Of a stretch of DNA of 34,030 nt, positions 21,426-31,037 are shown one piece after another; position 1 is the first letter of the stretch; the number at the start of each line of letters is the position of its first letter. This DNA is from Stramenopiles sp. TOSAG23-2. Lineage: Eukaryota. The translations under genes were made by a program, and so were the position numbers. The stretch covers positions 1 to 34,030 of the forward strand of contig LT649353.1 of NCBI GenBank assembly GCA_900128395.1. The letters run 5' to 3'. The notes below the pieces were generated by a model, which did no database searches, was not told the DNA's origin, and was given only the letters and a program-made list of their open reading frames with translations.

Positions 21426-22706
21426 ATGCCGTCTGCAAAAAAAAAACCTTCCGTAAAAAATTTAAGACGAAGAATGAAAAATAATAAAAAGATTAAGAAA
21501 AAAGCGGAGGAAGATGAAAAAATACAATCTTTTGAAGCGTTTCAAAAAAAATTACAAGAGGAAAGGGAAGAAGATGCTAGAAGAAGAGACATACATGATC
21601 CAATGGATGATGAAAAATTAGTGAAGGAATTGATGGAGGAGGCAGAAAAGGAAAAAAAAAATAGAATGAATATTGCTAATAATGGCGGTAGAGATAGACC
21701 TGTTGAATTATTTAGTACAGATTTATTTTACGATCGAGACTATTGTGCGATATTTATTCTTCTTTTTTTTGTTGATATGTCTATATCGTTATTTCAACTA
21801 TATTGTGCATTAGATGGGTTTGGTTTCGATAAATTTTTTGAGGAAATGCACATGTCTGGGGCATCGTCCAATACAAGAAGTAGGAGAAACAAAGGAGAAA
21901 TTAGATCAGAAATCCAAAAACATCGAATAACTATTATGAAAGGTTACCAATCATTGGTACGATTACTCTTATATGGTGCGTATTATTGTAAATGGTTTAC
22001 ATGGATTGTTTCTATAATTGAAATGGTATTTCGTTATGTGTTTTTGTCAAGTACAGGCATACCGATATTAATAGATCTAACCGTAGGCAGCTTCATTGCT
22101 TATTTTTATAATAAACCATTGATACATTTATTTCGGTTATATAATATTTTTTTAAGACTATATTTTATACATAAGGATGAGTTGGATATAGCAGTTGGTG
22201 CTGTTGAAGTAAAATTAGATAAATGTTTAAAAAAATTAAATAAACAAAAAAAAATTATCAAAGAAACAGATATAACCATAGAGAAACAAAAGGAAAAAAT
22301 AGAAAAATCAAATAGTGAAATCGCGACGTTGCAACAAGCATTGTACTATGCTGCAAAATCAGCTGAAGATGATACAGAGTATTTTTTCAAAGCATTAAAT
22401 GACATTGGTGCATTTACACCTGAAGCGATGGATAATATTAAAAATAGTTTAAATAATCCAGAAGTTGTTGCAGAAACATTGAAAAATCATAGTAAAAAAA
22501 AAGGCAATAAAATAAAATCTTCAAATAATTCAGAAAAAGATAATAGTCATCATGGACATTCCCATTCGCGTTCACATAACGATCATCATGGACATTCTCA
22601 TGGAGACTCGCATGCAAAAGAACCATCTATAGCTCCGGTGAGTAAAGGGGAAGCGAAACGAAAATTTAAAATTCAATCAGATGGAAAGATGTTGGAGAAG
22701 AAATAA
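21426..22706 (+). CDS. Four-TM protein with C-terminal coiled coil and His-rich tail; candidate voltage-sensor-domain (Hv1/TMEM266-like) protein
   Basis: S1-like ILLFFVD, S2-like SIIEMVFR, S3-like ILIDLTV, S4-like LIHLFRLYNIFLRL, then a coiled coil and HHGHSHSRSHNDHHGHSH. The ORF is solid; the family call is tentative. Confidence 0.6.
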   Translation: MPSAKKKPSVKNLRRRMKNNKKIKKKAEEDEKIQSFEAFQKKLQEEREEDARRRDIHDPMDDEKLVKELMEEAEKEKKNRMNIANNGGRDRPVELFSTDLFYDRDYCAIFILLFFVDMSISLFQLYCALDGFGFDKFFEEMHMSGASSNTRSRRNKGEIRSEIQKHRITIMKGYQSLVRLLLYGAYYCKWFTWIVSIIEMVFRYVFLSSTGIPILIDLTVGSFIAYFYNKPLIHLFRLYNIFLRLYFIHKDELDIAVGAVEVKLDKCLKKLNKQKKIIKETDITIEKQKEKIEKSNSEIATLQQALYYAAKSAEDDTEYFFKALNDIGAFTPEAMDNIKNSLNNPEVVAETLKNHSKKKGNKIKSSNNSEKDNSHHGHSHSRSHNDHHGHSHGDSHAKEPSIAPVSKGEAKRKFKIQSDGKMLEKK

Positions 22707-23064
22707 ATATGATATGATACGAGGTTCGTATGATACTTCGTATTTTTTTTAAAATAATACGAATTTTCGTATACGTTCGTAAAAAAATTAGGGCATATAA
22801 TATATGTACGTAAAATGATACGATAGACTCTTTTTAGTGCGTGTGTGAGTAAATATGATAGAGTATTGTCGTCTACACTTCGTATTTTTTTACGACATTC
22901 GTACGTATTAGCCACAGGGTTCTCTCTAGTCTCTCAATGCGAAACAACACGCACAACAAAAAATATATATATTAATATTTTTAATTACCGCAAAACAAAT
23001 GCACACACATACACTTGGTCCAATTTTCAGTGTCTCCGCTGCCCCTAAAATTTTTCTACACACG

Positions 23065-25386
23065 CTACGTAAACAAATTTCCTTTTAATGAAAACACATC
23101 GGGAAAGTATCGACACATTCGATGTACAACATGTACCCTTTGTTGTACACCTAAATCTTCATCTAATAATTCCTCTAAATCTTCCTCTATACGTACACGT
23201 TCCTCTGCATCTGTTTGATTCAAATAAAAATGTACATGTACTAACTCATCGAAACGATGCAATAACAATGCTAATAATCCTAATGTTTCATTGTCCATAC
23301 GAAACAGCTCAAATCCATGCTTATCATATCGACTATTATGTGCAACTTTATTCAAACATTGTTCAATATCACGCAATGTCATTCTTAATTCAAATTTTGT
23401 ATTCCATCGAAGTTCTTCCGAGCCAAGACGACGGTATATTTCAAAACTCAATTTATACAAACCTGCTCCTACCATAAATGCAGGGACTAATGCCATCGTT
23501 TCTAAATTAAATTGATTTGCTTTCAATAAACGATCAACTTTTCCCATAGCTACCATCATTTCCTTCTTCAAGAACAATGCTTGAATAAGCATTAAATCAA
23601 CCACATCACCTGTAATCATATTTTTTTTTGGATCTTGCATTTGCAATTCAAAATTTGCAACAATATCTTTCATAATCATATTATCAGAATCATATTGAAT
23701 TCGTGCTAATGTATCTTTAGACAATATTTTATTTGGATCATCTGTCGTTACATAACTTTTCAAGGAACCTAAGTATCCTTGTTGATCAGCTAATGCTCGT
23801 GTTGTTCTATAATCTTTCAATGCACTTACCAAACTATGCTTGGCTGCTTCTATTTCTTCCGGATCGGTAACATCGCCATAATCATCAAAGAAAATTTCCC
23901 GGAATAACGTGCGCAATGGATCAGTAACATGTTCACTAACAAATTCCTCTGCACTAACTTTAAATTTTCCCCAATATTCCCTCACTGTATCTCTATCAAC
24001 GCCTTTTTGATTTGCTGTATATAAACCGGCTGCAATGCCTCCAAACAATATAGTCCATTCCGGCCAACGACGTAAAAACCAATTTGGTTTCATTAAATGA
24101 TTGTAACTTTTGCGTTGTACTTGTTGAAATTTTGGCACTGAGGATATTAATTCTCCAAGATTTACCATCAAAACTTCGGCAAATTCCACACCCATGACTC
24201 TTGGGCCACCATCTCTAGATACCGGGGAACTGAATCCTAAAGATCTTAATGCATGCGTCTCATCATCATTACTCGTATTATTATTGTCCTCGCCATAATC
24301 CTCCTCCTCTGGTATACCAGACATGACATTCAGATTCGATCCAATGGAAGCATTACGCAAAAATGCACGTGAACTTCGTTTTAACAAATCTACTAATGAT
24401 TCATTGGTAACGGTGGAACCACCTATTTCACGTTGTAAAACTTCAAATCCTTCCGCTGCCCAACCCATTAAGCTGCCATATTGCTGTTTGAAATCATAGC
24501 CTTCTGGGCATCTTTCTTTCATGTTTATCATCAAACGTTTTGTTACACCTAAAATATGCAATTGTTTCTCCAAAATTTTCTCCAAATATTGAACTCGTTC
24601 TTGGCATGATGTTTTATGCAATTCTGGATTAAACATACGTTCTGGTATTCGAAGAATGGAAAATCTCCAAGTTTGACTATTTAAATTTTTCCAATATCGT
24701 AAACAACGACAAATTTCATCTGCTATGGAAACTGTGGCATTAAATACTATTTCAAGCTCTGTAACACAAGCTAAGCATAATAAAACTATTTCCCCTGATA
24801 CAATTGCTTCTGTATCAAGAGATGATTTATTCATATTATTTGCATTGACACCAAGTGCATCCCCATAATGCATTTTTTGCAATTCTTGCTCTTCTAACTC
24901 GGTTTGCAGTGCCATCATAACCATACGTATCCCACTTACCGTACGCTTTGTAAAACGCAATGTGCTGATAGCATGAAATAAAAAACCAGCATAACGACTT
25001 TGTTTTGTATCTTCGGAACCGTACATTTCCTTTAAATCTTCAATAAGCGCTTCTACGTTGAAAATTTTGTCAATTGCAGCGAAATGATGAAAAGCTTGGT
25101 TTTTAATAGCATATTTACTTTGTCCAGGTAATAATGCATTTTTGGACCATGATCTTGAATGCCTACGAACTCTAGCTGGTGACATTAATATCGATGGTGA
25201 CTTCGGTCGATAAGATGGTGAATTAGCAATCGATTCATTCCGTATTGATACTACAGATGGCGGTTTCAATGGTGAAGATTGCAACGATGATGGATTTGAT
25301 GTTGAAGTATTATTATTTTGATTATTCTCATCTTCGTTCGTATAATTGCCCCAACCTCCACTATTATTATTATTCGTAGATGCCAT
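23065..25386 (-). CDS. NCA2: NCA2/DGS1-family mitochondrial membrane protein
   Basis: KPNWFLRRWP+TM, EFVSEHVTDPLRTLF, FELQMQDPKKNMITGDVVDLMLIQ, MGKVDRLLKANQFNLETMALVPA; first ATG (MASTNN) at 25386. Confidence 0.85.
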   Translation of the reverse strand: MASTNNNNSGGWGNYTNEDENNQNNNTSTSNPSSLQSSPLKPPSVVSIRNESIANSPSYRPKSPSILMSPARVRRHSRSWSKNALLPGQSKYAIKNQAFHHFAAIDKIFNVEALIEDLKEMYGSEDTKQSRYAGFLFHAISTLRFTKRTVSGIRMVMMALQTELEEQELQKMHYGDALGVNANNMNKSSLDTEAIVSGEIVLLCLACVTELEIVFNATVSIADEICRCLRYWKNLNSQTWRFSILRIPERMFNPELHKTSCQERVQYLEKILEKQLHILGVTKRLMINMKERCPEGYDFKQQYGSLMGWAAEGFEVLQREIGGSTVTNESLVDLLKRSSRAFLRNASIGSNLNVMSGIPEEEDYGEDNNNTSNDDETHALRSLGFSSPVSRDGGPRVMGVEFAEVLMVNLGELISSVPKFQQVQRKSYNHLMKPNWFLRRWPEWTILFGGIAAGLYTANQKGVDRDTVREYWGKFKVSAEEFVSEHVTDPLRTLFREIFFDDYGDVTDPEEIEAAKHSLVSALKDYRTTRALADQQGYLGSLKSYVTTDDPNKILSKDTLARIQYDSDNMIMKDIVANFELQMQDPKKNMITGDVVDLMLIQALFLKKEMMVAMGKVDRLLKANQFNLETMALVPAFMVGAGLYKLSFEIYRRLGSEELRWNTKFELRMTLRDIEQCLNKVAHNSRYDKHGFELFRMDNETLGLLALLLHRFDELVHVHFYLNQTDAEERVRIEEDLEELLDEDLGVQQRVHVVHRMCRYFPDVFSLKGNLFT

Positions 25387-25770
25387 ATTCTTGAGTACTA
25401 TATACACCTGTTTGAAAATTGTTATCAATAATAATTTTCTAAAAATATTAATATCTCTTCCTTCAAACACACACACGCGCGCGCGCACGCCAACTGGTTT
25501 AAATTAAATTAAATATTCAATAAATAATCCTACCTAACAATGCTAGTTGCTCTGGGGATATGTGTCTATCCCGTCTTCATAACATTGTATAAAGTTTTTA
25601 TTTTTATTCATTCATTTTTATGTGAATAACAAAAGCAGAAAATAAATGTTTATATAACTGTAATTTTTCAAAAAGGCCGCGGCTATTTTGATGACGGACC
25701 CAAGTATACTCATATTTTGTAGTGAATTTTTCCTATGTCATTCTCCTCAAAAAGGGCAAATTTTTACGTT

Positions 25771-25828
25771 GGTAATCCAGTAATCTACTGGTGCAATCCT
25801 GGCAATCCTGGCAATCCAGCAATCCCTG
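25771..25828. promoter_or_regulatory. Array of GG(T/C)AATCC(A/T)G motifs in a head-to-head spacer
   Basis: ggtaatccagtaatctactggtgcaatcctggcaatcctggcaatccagcaatccctg; same motif family as 164-197 and (reverse) 20778-20806. Confidence 0.45.
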
Positions 25829-25985
25829 ATGTGTAGACTAAAAATAGCAAAATGTGGTGATGCAAATCATTCGATTACTTATACAATGCACACATGTATA
25901 CAAAGTATATGCATCTATACGGAGGACATCATCAAACTTATGTTATTTACATAAACATACGAGAAACAGGTATCATTAATATTAA

Positions 25986-26465
25986 TTTTTTTATCATGAA
26001 GAAAAATGGAGTAAAAGATTACACAGGCATGGTTGGTTAGAATTTCCTTTACAAACGAAAATTTGTGTAAATTGTCGTATTCGTTATGCCGATAGAACAT
26101 GTGATACTTGTAATGATGATTTATTATTGGAAAATGTGAAAGACGAGGATGAGGAAAAAGTAGAGGAAGGACAGGATGAGGAAAGTGGTTATGATGAATT
26201 AAGTAGTACAGAGGAAGAAAAACAGAAGAAGAAGAAAAAGAAAAAACATGTTCCAACAACTTTTGTAACAAAATTAAATCAAAATGAATATTGTAAAACA
26301 TGTTGGCCAATTATACATAATGAACAAATGCATGATGTAGCAGATCATGAATTTAAAAAAATCAATTTTAGATTAAGACAACGTGGTATGGAAGATTTAG
26401 ATTCAGATGAAGAAGGTGCATATAGAGGATGGAGTGAAAGTGAAGGTGAGGCAGAGGAGTATTAA
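25986..26465 (+). CDS. B-box zinc-finger protein, 5'-incomplete (upstream exon unresolved or decayed)
   Basis: Frame is open from 25986: YHEEKWSKRLHRHGWLEFPLQTKICVNCRIRYADRTCDTC...(acidic/Lys insert)...YCKTCWPIIH...DH; no in-frame ATG before the B-box. Confidence 0.65.
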   Translation, partial: FFYHEEKWSKRLHRHGWLEFPLQTKICVNCRIRYADRTCDTCNDDLLLENVKDEDEEKVEEGQDEESGYDELSSTEEEKQKKKKKKKHVPTTFVTKLNQNEYCKTCWPIIHNEQMHDVADHEFKKINFRLRQRGMEDLDSDEEGAYRGWSESEGEAEEY

Positions 26466-26628
26466 AGGAGAGGGAAACAAAAAAATGTGTTAAATACCTC
26501 CTGCTGGTGTATATTACGAACATTTGGAATAATAATTATATGCGTAATACGAAGTTCGTATTTTCCAGTCTTGTACGAATATGTCGTATATTTTAGTACA
26601 ATATAATATTATAAGCACACACACGCAA

Positions 26629-27660
26629 TCAATCATTTTCTCTTTTCTCCTTCTTCTTCTTCTTCTTTTTCTTTTCTTTCTTTTCCTTTTTGGATTTCTT
26701 TTCTTTTTTACTTTTCTTCAATTTTTTTTTATCAGAGATTTCATCTACTTTTTCAACTATAATTTCCGTTTCTTCCTCTTCTTTTGTTATTATTACTGCT
26801 TCTTCAACTACTACTACATCACTAACAACAACTTTTTCCTTTTTCTTCTCTTTTTTCTTTTTCTTCTTTTTTTTTTCCTTTTTGGACTTCTTTTCTTTTT
26901 TACTTTTCTTCTTTTTTTCCTCTTTTAATATATCATCCACTTTTTCATCTTCACTACTACTGCTACTATTGCTACTACTAGTAGTAGTCGAAGATGAGAT
27001 GACTTTTTCCGTATCTTCCTTTTCAGTTTTCATTTCTTTGGTTTTACTATCATTACTACTATTATTGTTGTTGTTATTATTATTAATACTTGTTGGATTT
27101 AATGTTCTTGATCTTGAATGTACTACTTCTAAATAACGTGACTTGCCATCTTCACCGTCCATAGTTTTACCATTAATACGATCAACTGCAAATGTTGCGG
27201 CAGCACTAGTTGTAAATGTTACAAAACATTGACCTTTGCATTTACTGCGACCAGGGAAATATAATAATTGTATTTTAGAAAGTGTGCCACACGATTCAAA
27301 CATATCTGCGACAGCTTCTTGCGTCACACCAAATGGCAAACCACTTACAAAAATTTTATTTGGATTTGCATCTGGGTCTAACTTACGTCTTTTTCTCTCA
27401 CGTTGTTCTTGTAATTTACGTTGGTTTACTATGGAATGTTTTACTGCATCTTGATTATTTAATCCACTTTCTCGTTTAGACTTTTTTTTTGGACATTCAT
27501 AAATCCAATGCCTATTGTCTCCAGCTGCACCACATGCTTTACATTGATACCCAGCTGGTGGTGCTCTTCTAGGCTTTCCTGTTCCAGCTAAATGTTGTAT
27601 TGATTTTCCTTTTAATAAATGTTGTGGGTTGACTTTACCACCAGAAACATTGAATGGCAT
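26629..27660 (-). CDS. Zn-knuckle + RRM RNA-binding protein with Lys-rich tail (nucleolar-like)
   Basis: PPAGYQCKACGAAGDNRHWIYECP; RNP2 KIFVSGLP; RNP1 KGQCFVTF; KKEKKSKK repeats. Confidence 0.9.
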   Translation of the reverse strand: MPFNVSGGKVNPQHLLKGKSIQHLAGTGKPRRAPPAGYQCKACGAAGDNRHWIYECPKKKSKRESGLNNQDAVKHSIVNQRKLQEQRERKRRKLDPDANPNKIFVSGLPFGVTQEAVADMFESCGTLSKIQLLYFPGRSKCKGQCFVTFTTSAAATFAVDRINGKTMDGEDGKSRYLEVVHSRSRTLNPTSINNNNNNNNSSNDSKTKEMKTEKEDTEKVISSSTTTSSSNSSSSSEDEKVDDILKEEKKKKSKKEKKSKKEKKKKKKKKEKKKEKVVVSDVVVVEEAVIITKEEEETEIIVEKVDEISDKKKLKKSKKEKKSKKEKKEKKKKKKKKEKREND

Positions 27661-27927
27661 GGTTATATTGTTATGCTAATACAATGTATTGATGGTATTG
27701 CCAATGGAAGTTAGATCAATATATATATATAGCTGGATAGATATATATGACATTTGGTTTCATATTTGATCTCCTATATATATATACATGTATATATATA
27801 TGTATATATAGATCCTGGAAAAGGTACTTTTTTATCTTAATGGATGGCCATGTATGAATGAGGACGATAATCGTCGCGATTAATTATTTTTTAATTATTT
27901 GCTCGACTAATAATGTTGTAGTGCTTC

Positions 27928-27972
27928 TAACAACGACATATTCTGATATATAACAACGACATATTCTGATAT
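27928..27972. repeat. 22-bp direct repeat x2 (period 23)
   Basis: taacaacgacatattctgatat at 27928 and 27951. Confidence 0.9.
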
Positions 27973-28236
27973 TGATGGGCGCACTTTTTGTGCTGAAATC
28001 TTTGGAATATACACCACATAGCACTAGCTGTGAGCTAGATGAATCTTGAAATCAACCAAAAGTGCAAAAACCACACCACACACAAAGTGCACAACACCAA
28101 AAACACACACACAATGGTAAAGTTCATTTTTGTTTCCTCATCATAATACCTAATCAAATAATCAAATTAATTTTGTTATATTAACGTCAAATACCATACA
28201 TATATATATAGCTAATAACGAGTATATAATTAATAA

Positions 28237-29484
28237 ATGATGAAAAGATTACATTATTTGTTTGCATTTCTTTTCCTTGCAACAATAACTACAACAACAG
28301 CACAATGGGTACCAATTGATTCACCAACTTTTGAATCCCAAGGTATTGTCATACAAGTTGGGTTTTCAAAAGATGGTGTGCACGGGTATGCAGGTGGCGG
28401 CACACCAAGTGGTGGTGGTCAAGTTATTAAAACGGATGATTCAGGCAAAACATGGAAACAAATTTTTCCTAAAAATCAATCTAAATTTGATTTGAATCTA
28501 TTTCTAACAACTCAAGTTAAAGATGAAAAACATGCAATTATGGCTGGAGCGTTTTACAATGCATTTACAGAAGATGGAGAAAAAGTCAATGTTGCTATTG
28601 ATTTTTTTCATTCACCTTCTCAAGGTTCTGGCATTATACCAGGAAAAAATGAATTTGTCATAATTTCTGGCAAAGAAACAAGTGTAGGCGGAAATTCTCT
28701 TGGAATTTCAAAAACAGGATATGATTACACAAAATTCCCAATTCCAGATAGTGTTTTGAATTCCACTGATTTCTTAGCACGTTATGGCGCTTTCCCAAGT
28801 GAAGATGTATGGTATATTACAGCTGGGACTTTTCCTTCAGCTAGTGATGAAAAAACAATCCCTTTGAAAAAAGACGTGAAAATTTTCAATAAGCATATTC
28901 ATGTGGATGCAAATCGTATGTCTATAAACTGGGCTAAAAATAATGATGAGGAAGAAGATCATACCAAGAAGAGTAAGACAGGGGGGGGGAATGATATTAA
29001 AAATGATAGTGGTTATTCAGCTGGTATTATAAAAACAACAGATGGTGGAAAAACCTGGACGGTTGTTTATAAAAATTTCAATACAGGAGATAATATTTAT
29101 CCTAATGGTATTGATTGTTTTACTGAAAAACATTGTATTGCAGTGCTTGAAGGAGAATCGGCGAGAATCATTGTGACTCGTGATGGTGGTGCAACGTGGA
29201 AACAAACTTTAATGGATAATGATCCACATAGTTCTCTAATGGATGTAAAAATGTTAAGTGATACAGAAGCATGGGCTGCTGGAGGACATCCTGAAAGTGG
29301 TGATTTCGAAGGTAGATTTTTTCATTCGTTGGATGGCGGTAATACATGGACAAAAGAATCTATTAAAGGGATGTATATCGTATCATTAGATATGTTAACC
29401 ACAAAAAGTGGATATGCAGTTAGTTTAACTCAAAGTCAACCAGCTGGAATCAAGTTATTTAAATATACTCCATCAAAGAAATAA
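28237..29484 (+). CDS. Secreted BNR/Asp-box beta-propeller protein (YCF48/VPS10/sialidase-like fold)
   Basis: Signal peptide; four Asp-boxes KTDDSGKTW, KTTDGGKTW, VTRDGGATW, HSLDGGNTW. Confidence 0.88.
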   Translation: MMKRLHYLFAFLFLATITTTTAQWVPIDSPTFESQGIVIQVGFSKDGVHGYAGGGTPSGGGQVIKTDDSGKTWKQIFPKNQSKFDLNLFLTTQVKDEKHAIMAGAFYNAFTEDGEKVNVAIDFFHSPSQGSGIIPGKNEFVIISGKETSVGGNSLGISKTGYDYTKFPIPDSVLNSTDFLARYGAFPSEDVWYITAGTFPSASDEKTIPLKKDVKIFNKHIHVDANRMSINWAKNNDEEEDHTKKSKTGGGNDIKNDSGYSAGIIKTTDGGKTWTVVYKNFNTGDNIYPNGIDCFTEKHCIAVLEGESARIIVTRDGGATWKQTLMDNDPHSSLMDVKMLSDTEAWAAGGHPESGDFEGRFFHSLDGGNTWTKESIKGMYIVSLDMLTTKSGYAVSLTQSQPAGIKLFKYTPSKK

Positions 29485-29505
29485 AGTGTGTGTGTAATAT
29501 TCGTA

Positions 29506-29796
29506 TCATACATATATAAAATGTTCTCTTACTCATATATTATATAAAATTCTTTTACTCCCGTTTATTGAATAGTCCATAGGTTTTCCAAAGTTTGGTG
29601 GTTTTGAATTCCCCAGGAGTGGATTCATAGCAACCATTGTCTTGGGTGACAATAGGTATATATTATATACATATATATGATATAATATAATATTTATATG
29701 ATGGTTAAAATCTAAGTTATAATAATTTTACACTTCTCGTGTTAAGTAATATGCTCAATTACTCAATCGCAAGAATAATATGTTATCCTACTATAA
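29506..29796. mobile_element. 291-bp presence/absence insertion carrying dispersed element copy C (29695-29778)
   Basis: Flanks ...aatattcgta| and |tattttattaacgaaccttctttaaaa are joined directly in the second copy at 29890-29958. Mobility is inferred. Confidence 0.45.
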
Positions 29797-29990
29797 TATT
29801 TTATTAACGAACCTTCTTTAAAATATATATCATACATATATATATATATATGATACTGGAATCAAGTGTAATTTAAATATCATATATATATATACTCCAT
29901 CAAAGAAATAACGAAGTGTGTGTAATTCGTATATTTTATTAACGAACCTTCTTTAAAAACATTACGAGTACACACAAACTCTCTCCTCTT

Positions 29991-31037
29991 TTAAAACCCA
30001 CGATGTTTTCTTGTAATAACATCGATTTTATCACCAACACGTATAACCCCACTAAATTTATGTAATTTAGATAAATCATTATAAGTTGGTAATAAACTTG
30101 ATAAATTTTCACCAAAAACAACTTTATCATTTTGATTTGGATCACGACGATATGTACGAAATGTTTTCAATGGCTCGCCTTTAATACCAGCTTGTTCTGC
30201 AGTAAGTTGATTTGTCGTGGTGACAATGCACCGTGTACAATGCTTTACTCCAATAAAATTATATGTACCAATTTTAATATGATTATATGTATCTTCTTCA
30301 TATGGTTTACCACCAATCGTAACAATATTTGGTCGAAAACGATTCATCTCCAAAGTTGGTGCTCTTTTCTTTGCCAATTTATAATTTAAATCGTTCAGTG
30401 ATTCTCGTCCTAGGATTAAATAATTAAATGCATCTGCAAAAGATATAAATGGCAATTTGCCATTTAATGCATTATGTTTGGAATGTTTTTTTGGTGCATG
30501 CCGTATTGTATTTAATGGTGTATCCATCCAAACCAAACGATACCCATCTGTATCTAAATAATCATTTATCCAATCTGATGCTTCATCCCCTTGGTCTGGG
30601 CAGTTATATACGGTATCATCCCAAATTGTAACATCAATAAATTTCGTTTTCGCATTAATTGTTGGTACAGCTAAATCCCACATATTTGGTCCACGTAATA
30701 TTAATGTTCCATCGTCTTTTACAATTGGTAAAATATTACATAATTCTGGCTTTTCTCTTTGTGTTATAAATTTTCCTTTTGAATTTACAATTAACCAACG
30801 TCGGTCATGTTTAAAACCTGTTGAACACATGGATATTTTTTCCATACGTATCCCACCACAACCTTTTATTGGATATATATATAGCTCTGATACATAAATT
30901 GATTTAGAACTGTTAAAAAAATAGGTATTCAAAATATATATGGAAAATAAAATAAATGCAATAGTTTGTATACTTGTATTATTTTCCATTAATGCATTAA
31001 AAGTATCCATAATATTTGATAATATTATAATTGCCAT
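29991..31037 (-). CDS. MTARC: MOSC-domain molybdoprotein (mitochondrial amidoxime-reducing component-like)
   Basis: N-terminal TM, VSELYIYPIKGC, DRRWLIV, SFADAF, SLNDLN, RFRPNIV, Moco-ligating CTRC, FGENL, IRVGD. Confidence 0.92.
   Translation of the reverse strand: MAIIILSNIMDTFNALMENNTSIQTIAFILFSIYILNTYFFNSSKSIYVSELYIYPIKGCGGIRMEKISMCSTGFKHDRRWLIVNSKGKFITQREKPELCNILPIVKDDGTLILRGPNMWDLAVPTINAKTKFIDVTIWDDTVYNCPDQGDEASDWINDYLDTDGYRLVWMDTPLNTIRHAPKKHSKHNALNGKLPFISFADAFNYLILGRESLNDLNYKLAKKRAPTLEMNRFRPNIVTIGGKPYEEDTYNHIKIGTYNFIGVKHCTRCIVTTTNQLTAEQAGIKGEPLKTFRTYRRDPNQNDKVVFGENLSSLLPTYNDLSKLHKFSGVIRVGDKIDVITRKHRGF

Noticed and set aside
25466-25490. (CA)n(CG)n alternating tract, possible Z-DNA, and the GTG start at 25488
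   Set aside because: Short microsatellite with no functional evidence; ATG 25386 is the more plausible start.
26581-27479. Phe-rich plus-strand ORFs
   Set aside because: Antisense of the poly-Lys tail and RRM region.
6073-31037. Metabolic gene cluster (KYNU, apyrase, mARC)
   Set aside because: Functions are unrelated and the genes are interspersed with unrelated ones.
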